30,510 bases of DNA from a candidate division WOR-3 bacterium. Lineage in GTDB: Bacteria; Hydrothermota; Tepidihabitantia; SM23-42; CAYGYG01. Within the stretch, counting starts at the first letter, position 1, and every line of letters starts with the position of its first letter. Below are positions 1 to 8,672 of this stretch, one piece after another. The stretch lies in assembly GCA_965648915.1 (NCBI GenBank), contig CBFGIV010000027.1, positions 1 through 30,510 of the forward strand, read 5' to 3'. The notes beneath the pieces are model-generated. The model saw nothing but the letters and a program-made list of their open reading frames with translations. It made no database searches and was not told the DNA's origin. Made by a program: the position numbers and the translations under genes.

Positions 1-92
1 ATTGCACCTTGAATTCTCGTTCCTCCAAGGGGCACAAAATAGAGAATGAGAAAGACAATGATAAATATTAAAAGTCTTGTTCGTTCTTTCAA
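1..92 (-). CDS. Permease N-terminus (ArsP/DUF318-like), truncated by the window edge
   Basis: Not in the ORF track. TTG at 92 follows an AAGGAGG SD and reads MKERTRLLIFIIVFLILYFVPLGGTRIQGA, a hydrophobic N-terminus directly downstream of arsR. The family call rests on context and resemblance. Confidence 0.6.
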   Translation of the reverse strand, partial: MKERTRLLIFIIVFLILYFVPLGGTRIQGA

Positions 93-112
93 AAAATCCT
101 CCTTCTCTCTTA

Positions 113-448
113 TTACTTTCTTCTCATCTCTTTCAACAATTCACTATGCTTTTTTAAGTTACAAATAATACATTCTTCAAGTGTATCAACTATCTCAAAA
201 ATCCGCATATCGACAACCTCATACCAGACCTCAAGCCCCCGCCTTTCGCAGCGGACAACGCCCGCATTCTTCAAGATTGCCAGATGGTGCGAGACATTAG
301 ACTGTTCAGCGTCTACAAACGGAATAATCTTGCAGACACAACAAGGACCAACACGAAGTTTTTCCAATATCTTCAGCCGCAATGGATGTGCCAGGGCATT
401 GAAAATATCTGCCTTTATCTCAGTTATATAATCTTCTTGTTTTTTCAT
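113..448 (-). CDS. ArsR/SmtB family transcriptional repressor
   Basis: FNALAHPLRLKIL..GPCCVCKI..EQSNVSHHLAILKNAGVV..RRG..VWY winged-HTH signature. Confidence 0.92.
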   Translation of the reverse strand: MKKQEDYITEIKADIFNALAHPLRLKILEKLRVGPCCVCKIIPFVDAEQSNVSHHLAILKNAGVVRCERRGLEVWYEVVDMRIFEIVDTLEECIICNLKKHSELLKEMRRK

Positions 449-520
449 TTCATTTCTTTATTCAAAAACTGTATTTGTTTTAACAAAGATTTTGACTAAT
501 ATTAAATAGATTAGTGTATT

Positions 521-548
521 ATTATATTTAAATATTATCATATTTCAA
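521..548 (-). promoter_or_regulatory. sigma70-type promoter of arsR (TTGAAA-16-TATAAT) overlapping a palindrome that may be the ArsR operator
   Basis: Minus-strand TTGAAA at 548-543 and TATAAT at 526-521; perfect palindrome ATATTTAAATAT at 524-535. Confidence 0.6.
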
Positions 549-688
549 GAGGAAAATATTGGCCGGTATAGAGATAGCACAATATCAGCAACTTTAGGAC
601 TGAGAACTTCTTAGCCGGGGTATTTAATTCCCAGTAACAGTCCGCATCACCAAAAAAATCATCTGATGGCTATTAACTTTCATAGATA

Positions 689-716
689 TTGACTTTTTTC
701 GATTTATTCTTATAAT
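689..716 (+). promoter_or_regulatory. sigma70-type promoter of the lolA operon (TTGACT-16-TATAAT)
   Basis: TTGACT at 689-694 and TATAAT at 711-716, 22 nt before the ATG at 739. Confidence 0.7.
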
Positions 717-738
717 TATTAAGGTTCAGAAATTTGAT

Positions 739-1350
739 ATGAGACAATTTCTAATTATAATAACAATTCTTTTCTCTTGTGTTTTAGCAACTGAGGCAGA
801 TGAGATTATCGCTCGGACGAGTGAGAATTATAGAAATATCAATAACTTCGTAGCCCATTTTGAACGCACCACCTGTTCTGACGATTTCTGCCAGACGGCA
901 AGTGGCAAGATTGTCTATCAGGAACCAGATCGATTCAAAGTTGAGATTACTTCCCCTGAAAAGGAGTTCTATATCAGCGATGGTAAGTATCTATGGATCT
1001 ATATACCATCTCGTCAGGAGGTCTATAAGAAATCTCTCCGGGAAACAAAAATGCTCCTCTCCCCCCGTTCCTTCCTCGATAATTTTAAGGAAGAATTTAC
1101 CTGCTCGATTGAAAAAGAGACCGAAAAGGAGTGGATGATCAAACTTATACCTATTTCTGAGACCAACTTCTTCAAGGACATCATTGTTAAGATTGAAAAG
1201 CAAAATTATCAGGTCAGAGGGTTTACAACATCCGACCAGAACAATCACCAGACCACTTTTAATTTTAAAAAGATCGCCTATAACCAGAAGATCAATCCCA
1301 AGATCTTCCGTTATAAACCACCGAAGGGAATTAATATTATTGAGGAATAG
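739..1350 (+). CDS. lolA: Outer-membrane lipoprotein carrier protein LolA family
   Basis: Signal peptide; ASGKIVYQEPDRFKVE..P..EFYISDGKYLWIYIP; C-terminal F.YKPPKGINII. Confidence 0.85.
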   Translation: MRQFLIIITILFSCVLATEADEIIARTSENYRNINNFVAHFERTTCSDDFCQTASGKIVYQEPDRFKVEITSPEKEFYISDGKYLWIYIPSRQEVYKKSLRETKMLLSPRSFLDNFKEEFTCSIEKETEKEWMIKLIPISETNFFKDIIVKIEKQNYQVRGFTTSDQNNHQTTFNFKKIAYNQKINPKIFRYKPPKGINIIEE

Positions 1351-1351
1351 A

Positions 1352-1744
1352 ATGCCCTTAGAGATTGATAATTACTGCTTCGCCTGTGGTGTTGAAAATC
1401 CAGTCGGGTTACACCTTAATATTAAAAAAGGCGAAGATCTGGTTACGGTTGACTTTACCGCGAACCAATCTTATCAGGGTTACAATGGAATTGTTCACGG
1501 TGGTATTATAGCAACTATCCTCGATGAACTTATGGTCTGGGCCGCAGTAAATAAGGGGCTTAAAGTTGTAACTGCCGAAATGAACCTTCGTTTTAAATTA
1601 CCGATGCAGATTGGTGAGACAATCCACGGCGTAGGTCGTGTAGTTGCAATTCGACATAAGATCGTCTTTACCGATGCCCATCTTGAAAGGACAGATGGCA
1701 CGCTGATTGCCAAGGCAACGGCTAAGATGCTCCCCTATCTATGA
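1352..1744 (+). CDS. PaaI family (hotdog-fold) thioesterase
   Basis: CFACGVENPVGL and GYNGIVHGGIIATILDELM motifs. Start reassigned to the ATG at 1352, just after the lolA stop. Confidence 0.88.
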   Translation: MPLEIDNYCFACGVENPVGLHLNIKKGEDLVTVDFTANQSYQGYNGIVHGGIIATILDELMVWAAVNKGLKVVTAEMNLRFKLPMQIGETIHGVGRVVAIRHKIVFTDAHLERTDGTLIAKATAKMLPYL

Positions 1745-3024
1745 CCTTTTCAATTAAATCATTGGGCTGTCCAAAAAATCTGTTCGACAGCGAGAAGATT
1801 GCTGCTCAATTGAGTCAGAGTGGCCTTGTCTTTACCGATACATCGGCTTCTGCCCGGGTAATGATCCTCAATACCTGTGGATTTATAAAACCGGCAATTG
1901 AAGAATCAATCCAGGAGATTAAAAAACTGATTACCTGGAAAAAAAGGAGAAGGGGGCGTAAGTTATTCATCTGTGGTTGTTTAGTTAATCGATTAAAAGA
2001 TAGACTGATCCGCTCTTTTCCCGAAGTAGATGGCTGGTTTAAAATAAAAGAAGAAGGTATGATCGTCAGGATCCTGTCTGAAAGATCCATCCCTGTTAGT
2101 GATGCCCGCCTAATTTCAACACCCGGACATTATGCTTATCTTAAAATCACCGAGGGCTGCAATAATCGCTGCTCATACTGCACCATACCGCTGATAAGGG
2201 GGCCGTTGCGGAGTCGGCCTGTTGCATCGATTGTGAACGAGGCTGCCCAGCTGGCCGAATCGGGGACAAAAGAATTGATTCTGATCGGACAGGACACTAC
2301 GAGTTATGGTATAGATCTCAATGGTACAAAATCCCTTCTGGTCGATTTGGTTGATAAACTTTCGCGTATCGCTGGTATTCAATGGTTAAGGATCCTCTAT
2401 GCCCACCCTGCCCATATTGATGATCACTTGATTGAGACAATCGGCTCCAATCCTAAGGTCTGTAAATACCTCGATATGCCCATTCAGCATATCAACGATC
2501 GAATTTTGAAACTTATGAAAAGAAGATACAAACGCAAGACAGTTGAGCGACTGATCGAGAAATTACGCGGCATCCCCGGTATTAAATTGAGGACAACTTT
2601 GATGATCGGATTTCCAACCGAGACGGAAACGGAGTTTAAGAAGTTACTTGAGTTTGTCGCCGAGGGACACTTCGACCACATCGGCTATTTCCCTTACTAT
2701 CGTGAAGAAGGGACTGAAGCGGCCAAGATAAAACCTTTATCCAGCATAGTGATGGCGGAGCGTCTCCAGGAATTTGCTGATATCCAGATCAAAAATGCGC
2801 GCAGTAAGAATCGAGCCCGGATTGGTGAACAAACCATCATGATAATCGATGGCTTAAAACAAAAACGACTCTATGGTCGGTCTATGTCTGAGGCACCGGA
2901 GATCGATGGCAGGATCTATGTTTCCGGTGAGCAATTACAGATCGGAAAATTCTATAAAGTTCGGATTACTGCTTTTAAAAACTATGACCTTTATGCGCAA
3001 CCACTCGAGGAAGCAGGATGTTGA
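1741..3024 (+). CDS. rimO: Ribosomal protein S12 methylthiotransferase RimO
   Basis: SLGCPKN, NTCGFI..A..ESI, radical-SAM CNNRCSYCTIP, YLDMPIQH, APEIDG and a C-terminal TRAM domain. Confidence 0.93.
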   Translation: MTFSIKSLGCPKNLFDSEKIAAQLSQSGLVFTDTSASARVMILNTCGFIKPAIEESIQEIKKLITWKKRRRGRKLFICGCLVNRLKDRLIRSFPEVDGWFKIKEEGMIVRILSERSIPVSDARLISTPGHYAYLKITEGCNNRCSYCTIPLIRGPLRSRPVASIVNEAAQLAESGTKELILIGQDTTSYGIDLNGTKSLLVDLVDKLSRIAGIQWLRILYAHPAHIDDHLIETIGSNPKVCKYLDMPIQHINDRILKLMKRRYKRKTVERLIEKLRGIPGIKLRTTLMIGFPTETETEFKKLLEFVAEGHFDHIGYFPYYREEGTEAAKIKPLSSIVMAERLQEFADIQIKNARSKNRARIGEQTIMIIDGLKQKRLYGRSMSEAPEIDGRIYVSGEQLQIGKFYKVRITAFKNYDLYAQPLEEAGC

Positions 3025-3764
3025 TTATTTTGTTTCTGATTAATATTCAGTTTCCGATGGAAGTGCACGGCTGGGGTTGGATGGGCAAGTATTCTGGTCA
3101 CAGCAAAAGTTACAATATCGATGCCCTGATCGACCTCTACGCCGATCTTGTTAAATTTGGAAATTTATATTTTTCTCTTGAGTATCGGCATGATCTCGGT
3201 ATGGCATCGGGTCAGGAGGAAGGCGTAACATTTGACCCCAAATTTCTTCACTATTATATCATACCCGGCCTGTCTTTAAACCTCAATACCTTTATCTTCA
3301 CCGGTCGGCTTATCCACGACTGTGTCCACCTGGTTGATGTCGAAAATCCCAGTGCTCCGGTCTTCAACCGAATCCGGCTGGGGATTATGCCCATTGAGCA
3401 CCATCCCCGTAATTCTCTGGGAAAAGAACCGAACATCTCCTGGCGTATTGAATATGGTTTTTATCCCCAGTGGCAATTCTATAAATGGATGAACTGGGGG
3501 ACTGATTACCGTCACGATTTTTTACTTGAAGTCCATCATTCTCTTTTCCAGTACCGATCGATTGGTCTTAAAACCTGTCTTTTTCTCGATTTCAATCACC
3601 GGATGTGGGGCGGCTTTTATCATAATCATCGGCTTCGTGCCCAGGGTTATTACCGATCCTCCAAAGGAAAATTCAACATCTTTTACGATTATTATCTTTA
3701 TGTCAATGACCCCTTAAAAGCACCTAACCGGTTAGGTATTCTATGCCTTGGTTTACAATTTTAA
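3018..3764 (+). CDS. Hypothetical protein, possibly an outer-membrane beta-barrel
   Basis: Overlaps both neighbours in operon fashion; aromatic-rich alternating segments; ends in LGLQF with a terminal Phe. Confidence 0.6.
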   Translation: MLIILFLINIQFPMEVHGWGWMGKYSGHSKSYNIDALIDLYADLVKFGNLYFSLEYRHDLGMASGQEEGVTFDPKFLHYYIIPGLSLNLNTFIFTGRLIHDCVHLVDVENPSAPVFNRIRLGIMPIEHHPRNSLGKEPNISWRIEYGFYPQWQFYKWMNWGTDYRHDFLLEVHHSLFQYRSIGLKTCLFLDFNHRMWGGFYHNHRLRAQGYYRSSKGKFNIFYDYYLYVNDPLKAPNRLGILCLGLQF

Positions 3765-5377
3765 TCTTCTTCTTTTCGTTCAATAGTGACTCAGTCAAGG
3801 CTTCGGCCTATGATCTTTTTATTGAGGCCTCAAGTTTGGAAAATCAAGGAAAATATGAAGAGGCGATCAAGGTTTACCAGAAGGCTATTGAATACGACCC
3901 ATCTTCAACCGAACTCTACCGAAATATAGCCCGTCTCTATACAAGACTAAAAAAGTATAAGGAAGCATTACATTATGCACATAAGGCCTTAAAAATCGCC
4001 CCGGAAGATGTCGAAAATATCAAACTAACCGGTACCATCTATTTACAGAAATTAGATATCAACAAGGGGATAAAATACTTTGAGATGGCACAAACCCTTA
4101 TGCCCGATGACGAGGAGATAATGATTAACCTCTCATATCTCTATGAGGGGATGAACCTTTTTCATAAGGCTGAGGAACTTCTTGAGCGGATAACCAAAAC
4201 CAACCCTTCCTTAGAAAGTTATTTTCGGCTCGGCCAGATCAGTGCCCGGATGAACAACCATAGCAAAGCATTGAAATATTATTATAAGGCTCTGGAGTTC
4301 GACTCAAATTCTGTGCCCGTACTGGTTGGCATCGGAGCAAGTTACGATTTTATCGACAAACCGGATTCGGCCCTTATCTTTTATCAGATCGCTTCGACTC
4401 TTGATACCGCAAATTTGAATCTTAAGAAAAGGCTGGTCGATCTCTACACAAAACTTGACCGTTTTGACGATCTCATCGATCTCTGCTATGAGATTCTCAG
4501 GAAAAATCCCTTTGAATTCGAGGTGCGCCGAAATCTGGGCTATGCGCTCTATAAGAACAACAGGAAACTCCAAGCCCTGGAGCAGTTCCTGATCGGTGTG
4601 GGTATGAATCCAAAAGACAGTTACGGCCTGTTTCAGGCAGCCCGTATCTATGTCGATCTCGGACAGTTGACGATGGCGCTTGCCACAATCAAAGATGCCC
4701 TGAAGATCAATCCAGATAATCCTGACCTTTTAACCTATCTCGGTTTTATATACCTCGACTTAAAAAAGAACGCTGAAGCTGATGCAACATTTAAACGGGC
4801 AATCATCAAAGGTGGTGACCGTGCCCAGCTCTATTATCTGCTAGGTATCACCGCAACCCTACGACGGGATCTCAAGACTGCATATCAATATTATCAGAAA
4901 GCGATCGAAGTCAATTCCAAGAATCCCAAAGTCTGGAGCGCCTATGGACATCTCTGTGATGACTTAAATTTTAAACGGGAGGCCCTGGCTGCCTTTGAAA
5001 AAGTCGTCGAATTGGATACAACCAATGCCACCGCATTAAATTATGTCGGCTACACCTATGCTGAGCAGGGGGTTAAACTGGACTACGCCCTAAAATTGAT
5101 AACCCGGGCGCTGGCGATTGAGGACAGTAATGGTTATTTTATCGATTCCCTGGGCTGGGTCTATTTCATGATGGGGAATTACGAAACAGCGCTGGAGCAG
5201 CTAAAAAAAGCCGTCAGTCTGGTTGAAGACGCTGTCATCCTTGAACATTTGGGTGACACCTATCTTAAGCTCAATGATTCGATTCGGGCTAAAGAGGCTT
5301 ATGAAAAGGCATTGAAACTTAAGCCAAAGGAGAAAAATCTCAGAAAGAAACTCGCCCGGTTGAAATCGGTCGAGTAA
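3743..5377 (+). CDS. Exported tetratricopeptide-repeat protein
   Basis: Many TPR units; ALNYVGYTYAE and FIDSLGWVYFMMG..EHLGD motifs typical of periplasmic TPR proteins. Confidence 0.9.
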   Translation: MPWFTILIFFFSFNSDSVKASAYDLFIEASSLENQGKYEEAIKVYQKAIEYDPSSTELYRNIARLYTRLKKYKEALHYAHKALKIAPEDVENIKLTGTIYLQKLDINKGIKYFEMAQTLMPDDEEIMINLSYLYEGMNLFHKAEELLERITKTNPSLESYFRLGQISARMNNHSKALKYYYKALEFDSNSVPVLVGIGASYDFIDKPDSALIFYQIASTLDTANLNLKKRLVDLYTKLDRFDDLIDLCYEILRKNPFEFEVRRNLGYALYKNNRKLQALEQFLIGVGMNPKDSYGLFQAARIYVDLGQLTMALATIKDALKINPDNPDLLTYLGFIYLDLKKNAEADATFKRAIIKGGDRAQLYYLLGITATLRRDLKTAYQYYQKAIEVNSKNPKVWSAYGHLCDDLNFKREALAAFEKVVELDTTNATALNYVGYTYAEQGVKLDYALKLITRALAIEDSNGYFIDSLGWVYFMMGNYETALEQLKKAVSLVEDAVILEHLGDTYLKLNDSIRAKEAYEKALKLKPKEKNLRKKLARLKSVE

Positions 5378-5429
5378 CAAAAATTTTTAAAAACAGAAGG
5401 GGCATCTCTCCAGACTCCAAACATATCAA

Positions 5430-5457
5430 TTGACGAAAAAGAAAAAAGAGATATAAT
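5430..5457 (+). promoter_or_regulatory. sigma70-type promoter upstream of tRNA-Arg (TTGACG-16-TATAAT)
   Basis: TTGACG at 5430-5435 and TATAAT at 5452-5457. Confidence 0.7.
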
Positions 5458-5519
5458 AACCAGAATCAGGTAGTAGAATATCAAAGGTATCAGGATATTA
5501 GCTCTGCGGCTTCATATCT

Positions 5520-5592
5520 ACCCCTGTAGCTCAGTGGATAGAGCGACGGTTTCCTAAACCGTAGGTCGCCCGTTCAAATCGGGCCAGGGGTG
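5520..5592 (+). tRNA. tRNA-Arg (anticodon CCT); CCA not encoded
   Basis: Acceptor stem ACCCCTG/CAGGGGT, D-arm GCTCAGTGGATAGAGC, anticodon arm ACGGT-TTCCTAA-ACCGT, T-loop GTTCAAATC. Confidence 0.95.
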
Positions 5593-5611
5593 CTGGAACA
5601 AGGAGAAGATA

Positions 5612-6271
5612 ATGGCAAAACGCAAGGATCTGAAAAGTGATAAATTCATCGATACTGTAGGTTCGATCATAAAATTTATAATAAAAGAACGAGAAAAGGC
5701 TCTCTGGGTTGGAATCGGTATCCTAACTGCGATTGTAATAATTATCATCCTCACCTCACAATCCCGATCTGAAAATCCAGAAGCCAGTCTTATGTATCTT
5801 GAAGGAATGAGTCTTTTCTCCGCCGGCAGAATTGATCAGGCCGAAAATATCTTCACAACAATCATCTCGAAGTATCCAAATACGAGACCGGGTAGACAGT
5901 CAATTTACTATCTCGGGTATATATATTATCTGACCAAAAGGTTTAATGAAGCAAAGGATCAGTTTGAACGATATCTGTCAAAGGAGAAAAAATCTTACCT
6001 CCTTGTCCCTTCAGCCCTTATCGGTTTGGGAAGCACCCGGGAGGGGCTAAAAGATTATGAGGGGGCACTGGCTGCTTATGAGAAGATTATCGAAGAACAT
6101 AGTAATTCACCATTTCTCCTTCAAGCAAAACTCTTTGCGGGAAGGATCAAAGCCCAGCTGGGTGATTATGAAGGAGCGAAACGATATCTCGAAGAGGTAA
6201 TCAAAGATAAAAATGCTGGTGCCCTGAGTGAACAGGCAAAATTTTATCTCGGTTATTACGGCCCCAGATAA
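5612..6271 (+). CDS. Membrane-anchored TPR protein (YfgM/CpoB-like)
   Basis: AAGGAG SD; N-terminal DLK.DKF motif, a single TM helix, then TPR repeats. Confidence 0.8.
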   Translation: MAKRKDLKSDKFIDTVGSIIKFIIKEREKALWVGIGILTAIVIIIILTSQSRSENPEASLMYLEGMSLFSAGRIDQAENIFTTIISKYPNTRPGRQSIYYLGYIYYLTKRFNEAKDQFERYLSKEKKSYLLVPSALIGLGSTREGLKDYEGALAAYEKIIEEHSNSPFLLQAKLFAGRIKAQLGDYEGAKRYLEEVIKDKNAGALSEQAKFYLGYYGPR

Positions 6272-6322
6272 TCTAAGGCAGACCAGAATTGGTCGATGCG
6301 CCCGTCTGGAGATTGACCCAGT

Positions 6323-8374
6323 ATGAAGAATATCCAGGTTGCGATCCTCTGGCATTTTCATCAACCGGTATATTTTGAAGAGTTAGACCAACCCGCCGCC
6401 CTTCCCTGGGTAAGGCTCCACGCCTTAAAGGACTATTATGATAAATTGAAAATTCTCGAAAGTTATCCTGAGATCAAAGTAACCTTCAATTTTACCCCTT
6501 CGCTTTTAGAACAACTCATTGCCTATGATCAAAACCAACTCACTGATCGTTTTCTAATCCTTGCCCAGAAACCGGCAAAGGATCTGAGCATTGAAGAACG
6601 TATTGAGACTCTTCAAAATTTCTTCCTGGCCAACTGGAAGAATATGATTGAACCTTATCCTCACTACTATTCTCTCCTCTTAAAACGGGGCAAGACAATC
6701 TGTGCTGAGGAATTAACCCAGATTGTGAAGAGATTCTCTGACCAGGATTTTACCGATCTCCAGGTCTGGTTTAATCTCGTCTGGATCGGGCCGTCACTCC
6801 GCAATGGTATTCAATATCTCTATGAGAAAGGTCACAATTTTACCGATCAGGACAAACAGACATTATTTGAACACCAGAAAAAAATTCTGCACTCAATAAT
6901 TCCTGCCTATCGTTCAGCCTGGGATGAAGGTCGTATCGAACTTACCACCTCTCCCTTCTATCATCCTATTCTACCGCTGATTGCTGACTTAAAAACAGCT
7001 CGGGACTCAAATCCCGCTGTCTTAATGCCCGATGTAGAATTTGCCTATCCTGAAGATTGTCATAAACAGATCGCTGAAGGAATAAATCTCTTTGAAAAAT
7101 GTTTCGGTCGAAAACCTGAAGGGCTCTGGCCTCCTGAAGGCGCTGTCAGCGAGACGATCTGCCCGATAATCAGGACGGTGGGTATAGAATGGATCGCTAC
7201 TGATGAAGGAATCCTGCACCGTTCATTAACTCCGGAAATTAAGAGAAATTATAATCTCGATCAGAACAGTCTTATTTATCATCCCTATCAATTCCAGGGT
7301 TTAAAAATATTCTTCCGTGATCGCGTCCTCTCCGATCTGATCGGTTTTGTCTATAATACCTGGCCTGCACCAAAGGCTAGTTCCGATTTCATTCAGCACA
7401 TCAGAGATATTGCCCGCCGCCTGCCTGATGACCGCCAGCATATCATCTCAATAATTCTCGACGGCGAAAATGCCTGGGAAGCCTATCCTCAAGACGGCCA
7501 TCTCTTCCTCAATAATCTTTATCAGTCACTGATTGACGAATCGATTAAGACTACTACCTATTCCCGGTTCTTAAAAGACACGACCCCGATCGAACTACCG
7601 CACCTTTTTCCTGGCTCATGGATTAATGTCAATTTCAATACCTGGGTAGGTCATCCCCAGAAAAATCGTGCCTGGGAGATACTCGGCGCTATCAGAAAAT
7701 TACTGAAGGAGATGAATTGCTCAGATGAGGCTATCCTCAAAAAAATCTTTGTCCTTGAGACCAGTGATTGGTTCTGGTGGTTTGGAACGAATGCAGAGAT
7801 GATTGTTGAAGAATGTGACCGACTCTTTCGTTACTACGCACGAAAAATTTATCAACAGATCGACCAGGTGCCGCCGGCCGTTCTTTATACCCCGATTGCA
7901 ATTTCAGAAAATATCCTTTCCCGACCGATCGATTTGATTAGACCGATTATCGACGGTCGGGTTACCCATTTCTATGAATGGCGTGACGCCGGCCGGATCG
8001 AACTGCAGAAAATCGGCGGCACTACCCATCGTTTCGCCAGTCTCTTTACCCGTATCTTTTATGGCTTCGATGAAGATAATATCTATCTCCGGGCCGATGT
8101 TGATCCACATGACCTTACCGATTTAAACTTTCAGATTGAGATCACAGCCCCGATCAAAAAAATATTTAATCTTTCGGGCGAAACCGAAATCAGATATAAG
8201 GCCGGACAGATCTTAGAAGTAGCCATACCCTTTGCGGTGCTTGCCCCGACCCCTGTCACCAAGATCGCCATAACACTAAGAGCACTCCAGCATGATATCG
8301 AGATCGATCGGGCAATTTTGCCTGAATTTAACTGCCAGCCGGGAACAATTGAACTTGAAGAGTGGAGTGTTTAG
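6323..8374 (+). CDS. Glycoside hydrolase family 57 (amylopullulanase-like)
   Basis: WHFHQP, PWVRLHALKDY, PFYHPILPL, catalytic WPPE and LDGENAWE, SDWFWW. Confidence 0.93.
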   Translation: MKNIQVAILWHFHQPVYFEELDQPAALPWVRLHALKDYYDKLKILESYPEIKVTFNFTPSLLEQLIAYDQNQLTDRFLILAQKPAKDLSIEERIETLQNFFLANWKNMIEPYPHYYSLLLKRGKTICAEELTQIVKRFSDQDFTDLQVWFNLVWIGPSLRNGIQYLYEKGHNFTDQDKQTLFEHQKKILHSIIPAYRSAWDEGRIELTTSPFYHPILPLIADLKTARDSNPAVLMPDVEFAYPEDCHKQIAEGINLFEKCFGRKPEGLWPPEGAVSETICPIIRTVGIEWIATDEGILHRSLTPEIKRNYNLDQNSLIYHPYQFQGLKIFFRDRVLSDLIGFVYNTWPAPKASSDFIQHIRDIARRLPDDRQHIISIILDGENAWEAYPQDGHLFLNNLYQSLIDESIKTTTYSRFLKDTTPIELPHLFPGSWINVNFNTWVGHPQKNRAWEILGAIRKLLKEMNCSDEAILKKIFVLETSDWFWWFGTNAEMIVEECDRLFRYYARKIYQQIDQVPPAVLYTPIAISENILSRPIDLIRPIIDGRVTHFYEWRDAGRIELQKIGGTTHRFASLFTRIFYGFDEDNIYLRADVDPHDLTDLNFQIEITAPIKKIFNLSGETEIRYKAGQILEVAIPFAVLAPTPVTKIAITLRALQHDIEIDRAILPEFNCQPGTIELEEWSV

Positions 8375-8381
8375 TAAGGGG

Positions 8382-8672
8382 TTAAAAAGATAGATCGAAA
8401 GGAATTCCGGTTCTTTTTGAGAGTTGATCCCGGACTTGACTTCGAACTTTCTGTTGGGCATCATTAAAGGCAGCCCGGATCAAATCCTGCAGCATCACCG
8501 GATCATTGGCCTGAATTATTTCTTGCTCAATCTTTACCTCCAGCACATTCTGGTCACCATTCATTACAATCTTGACCATTCCACCCCCGGCGCTCCCCTC
8601 AACCGTGAGAGTCTTAAGAAATTCAGTCATCTCCTGTTGAATCCGTTTCAGGTTGTTCAAATATCCCTTCAT
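8382..8672 (-). CDS. ybaB: YbaB/EbfC nucleoid-associated protein
   Basis: VEGSAGGGMVKIVMNG..MLQDLIRAAFNDA; overlaps the dnaX stop. Confidence 0.92.
   Translation of the reverse strand: MKGYLNNLKRIQQEMTEFLKTLTVEGSAGGGMVKIVMNGDQNVLEVKIEQEIIQANDPVMLQDLIRAAFNDAQQKVRSQVRDQLSKRTGIPFDLSF

Noticed and set aside
611..636. Degenerate REP-like hairpin in the arsR-lolA intergenic region
   Set aside because: The stem has too many mismatches and lacks an intact GTAG.
1184..1351. N-terminal extensions in the ORF track (1184 thioesterase, 12727 rplI, 14281 protease, 30124 cargo gene)
   Set aside because: The first three overlap upstream genes and precede the family-typical N-terminus. The 30124 extension precedes the signal peptide. 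Downstream ATGs fit better.
5520..5620. tRNA as an integration site for an island
   Set aside because: No integrase is present, I noticed no duplicated tRNA 3' end, and the downstream genes look like housekeeping genes.
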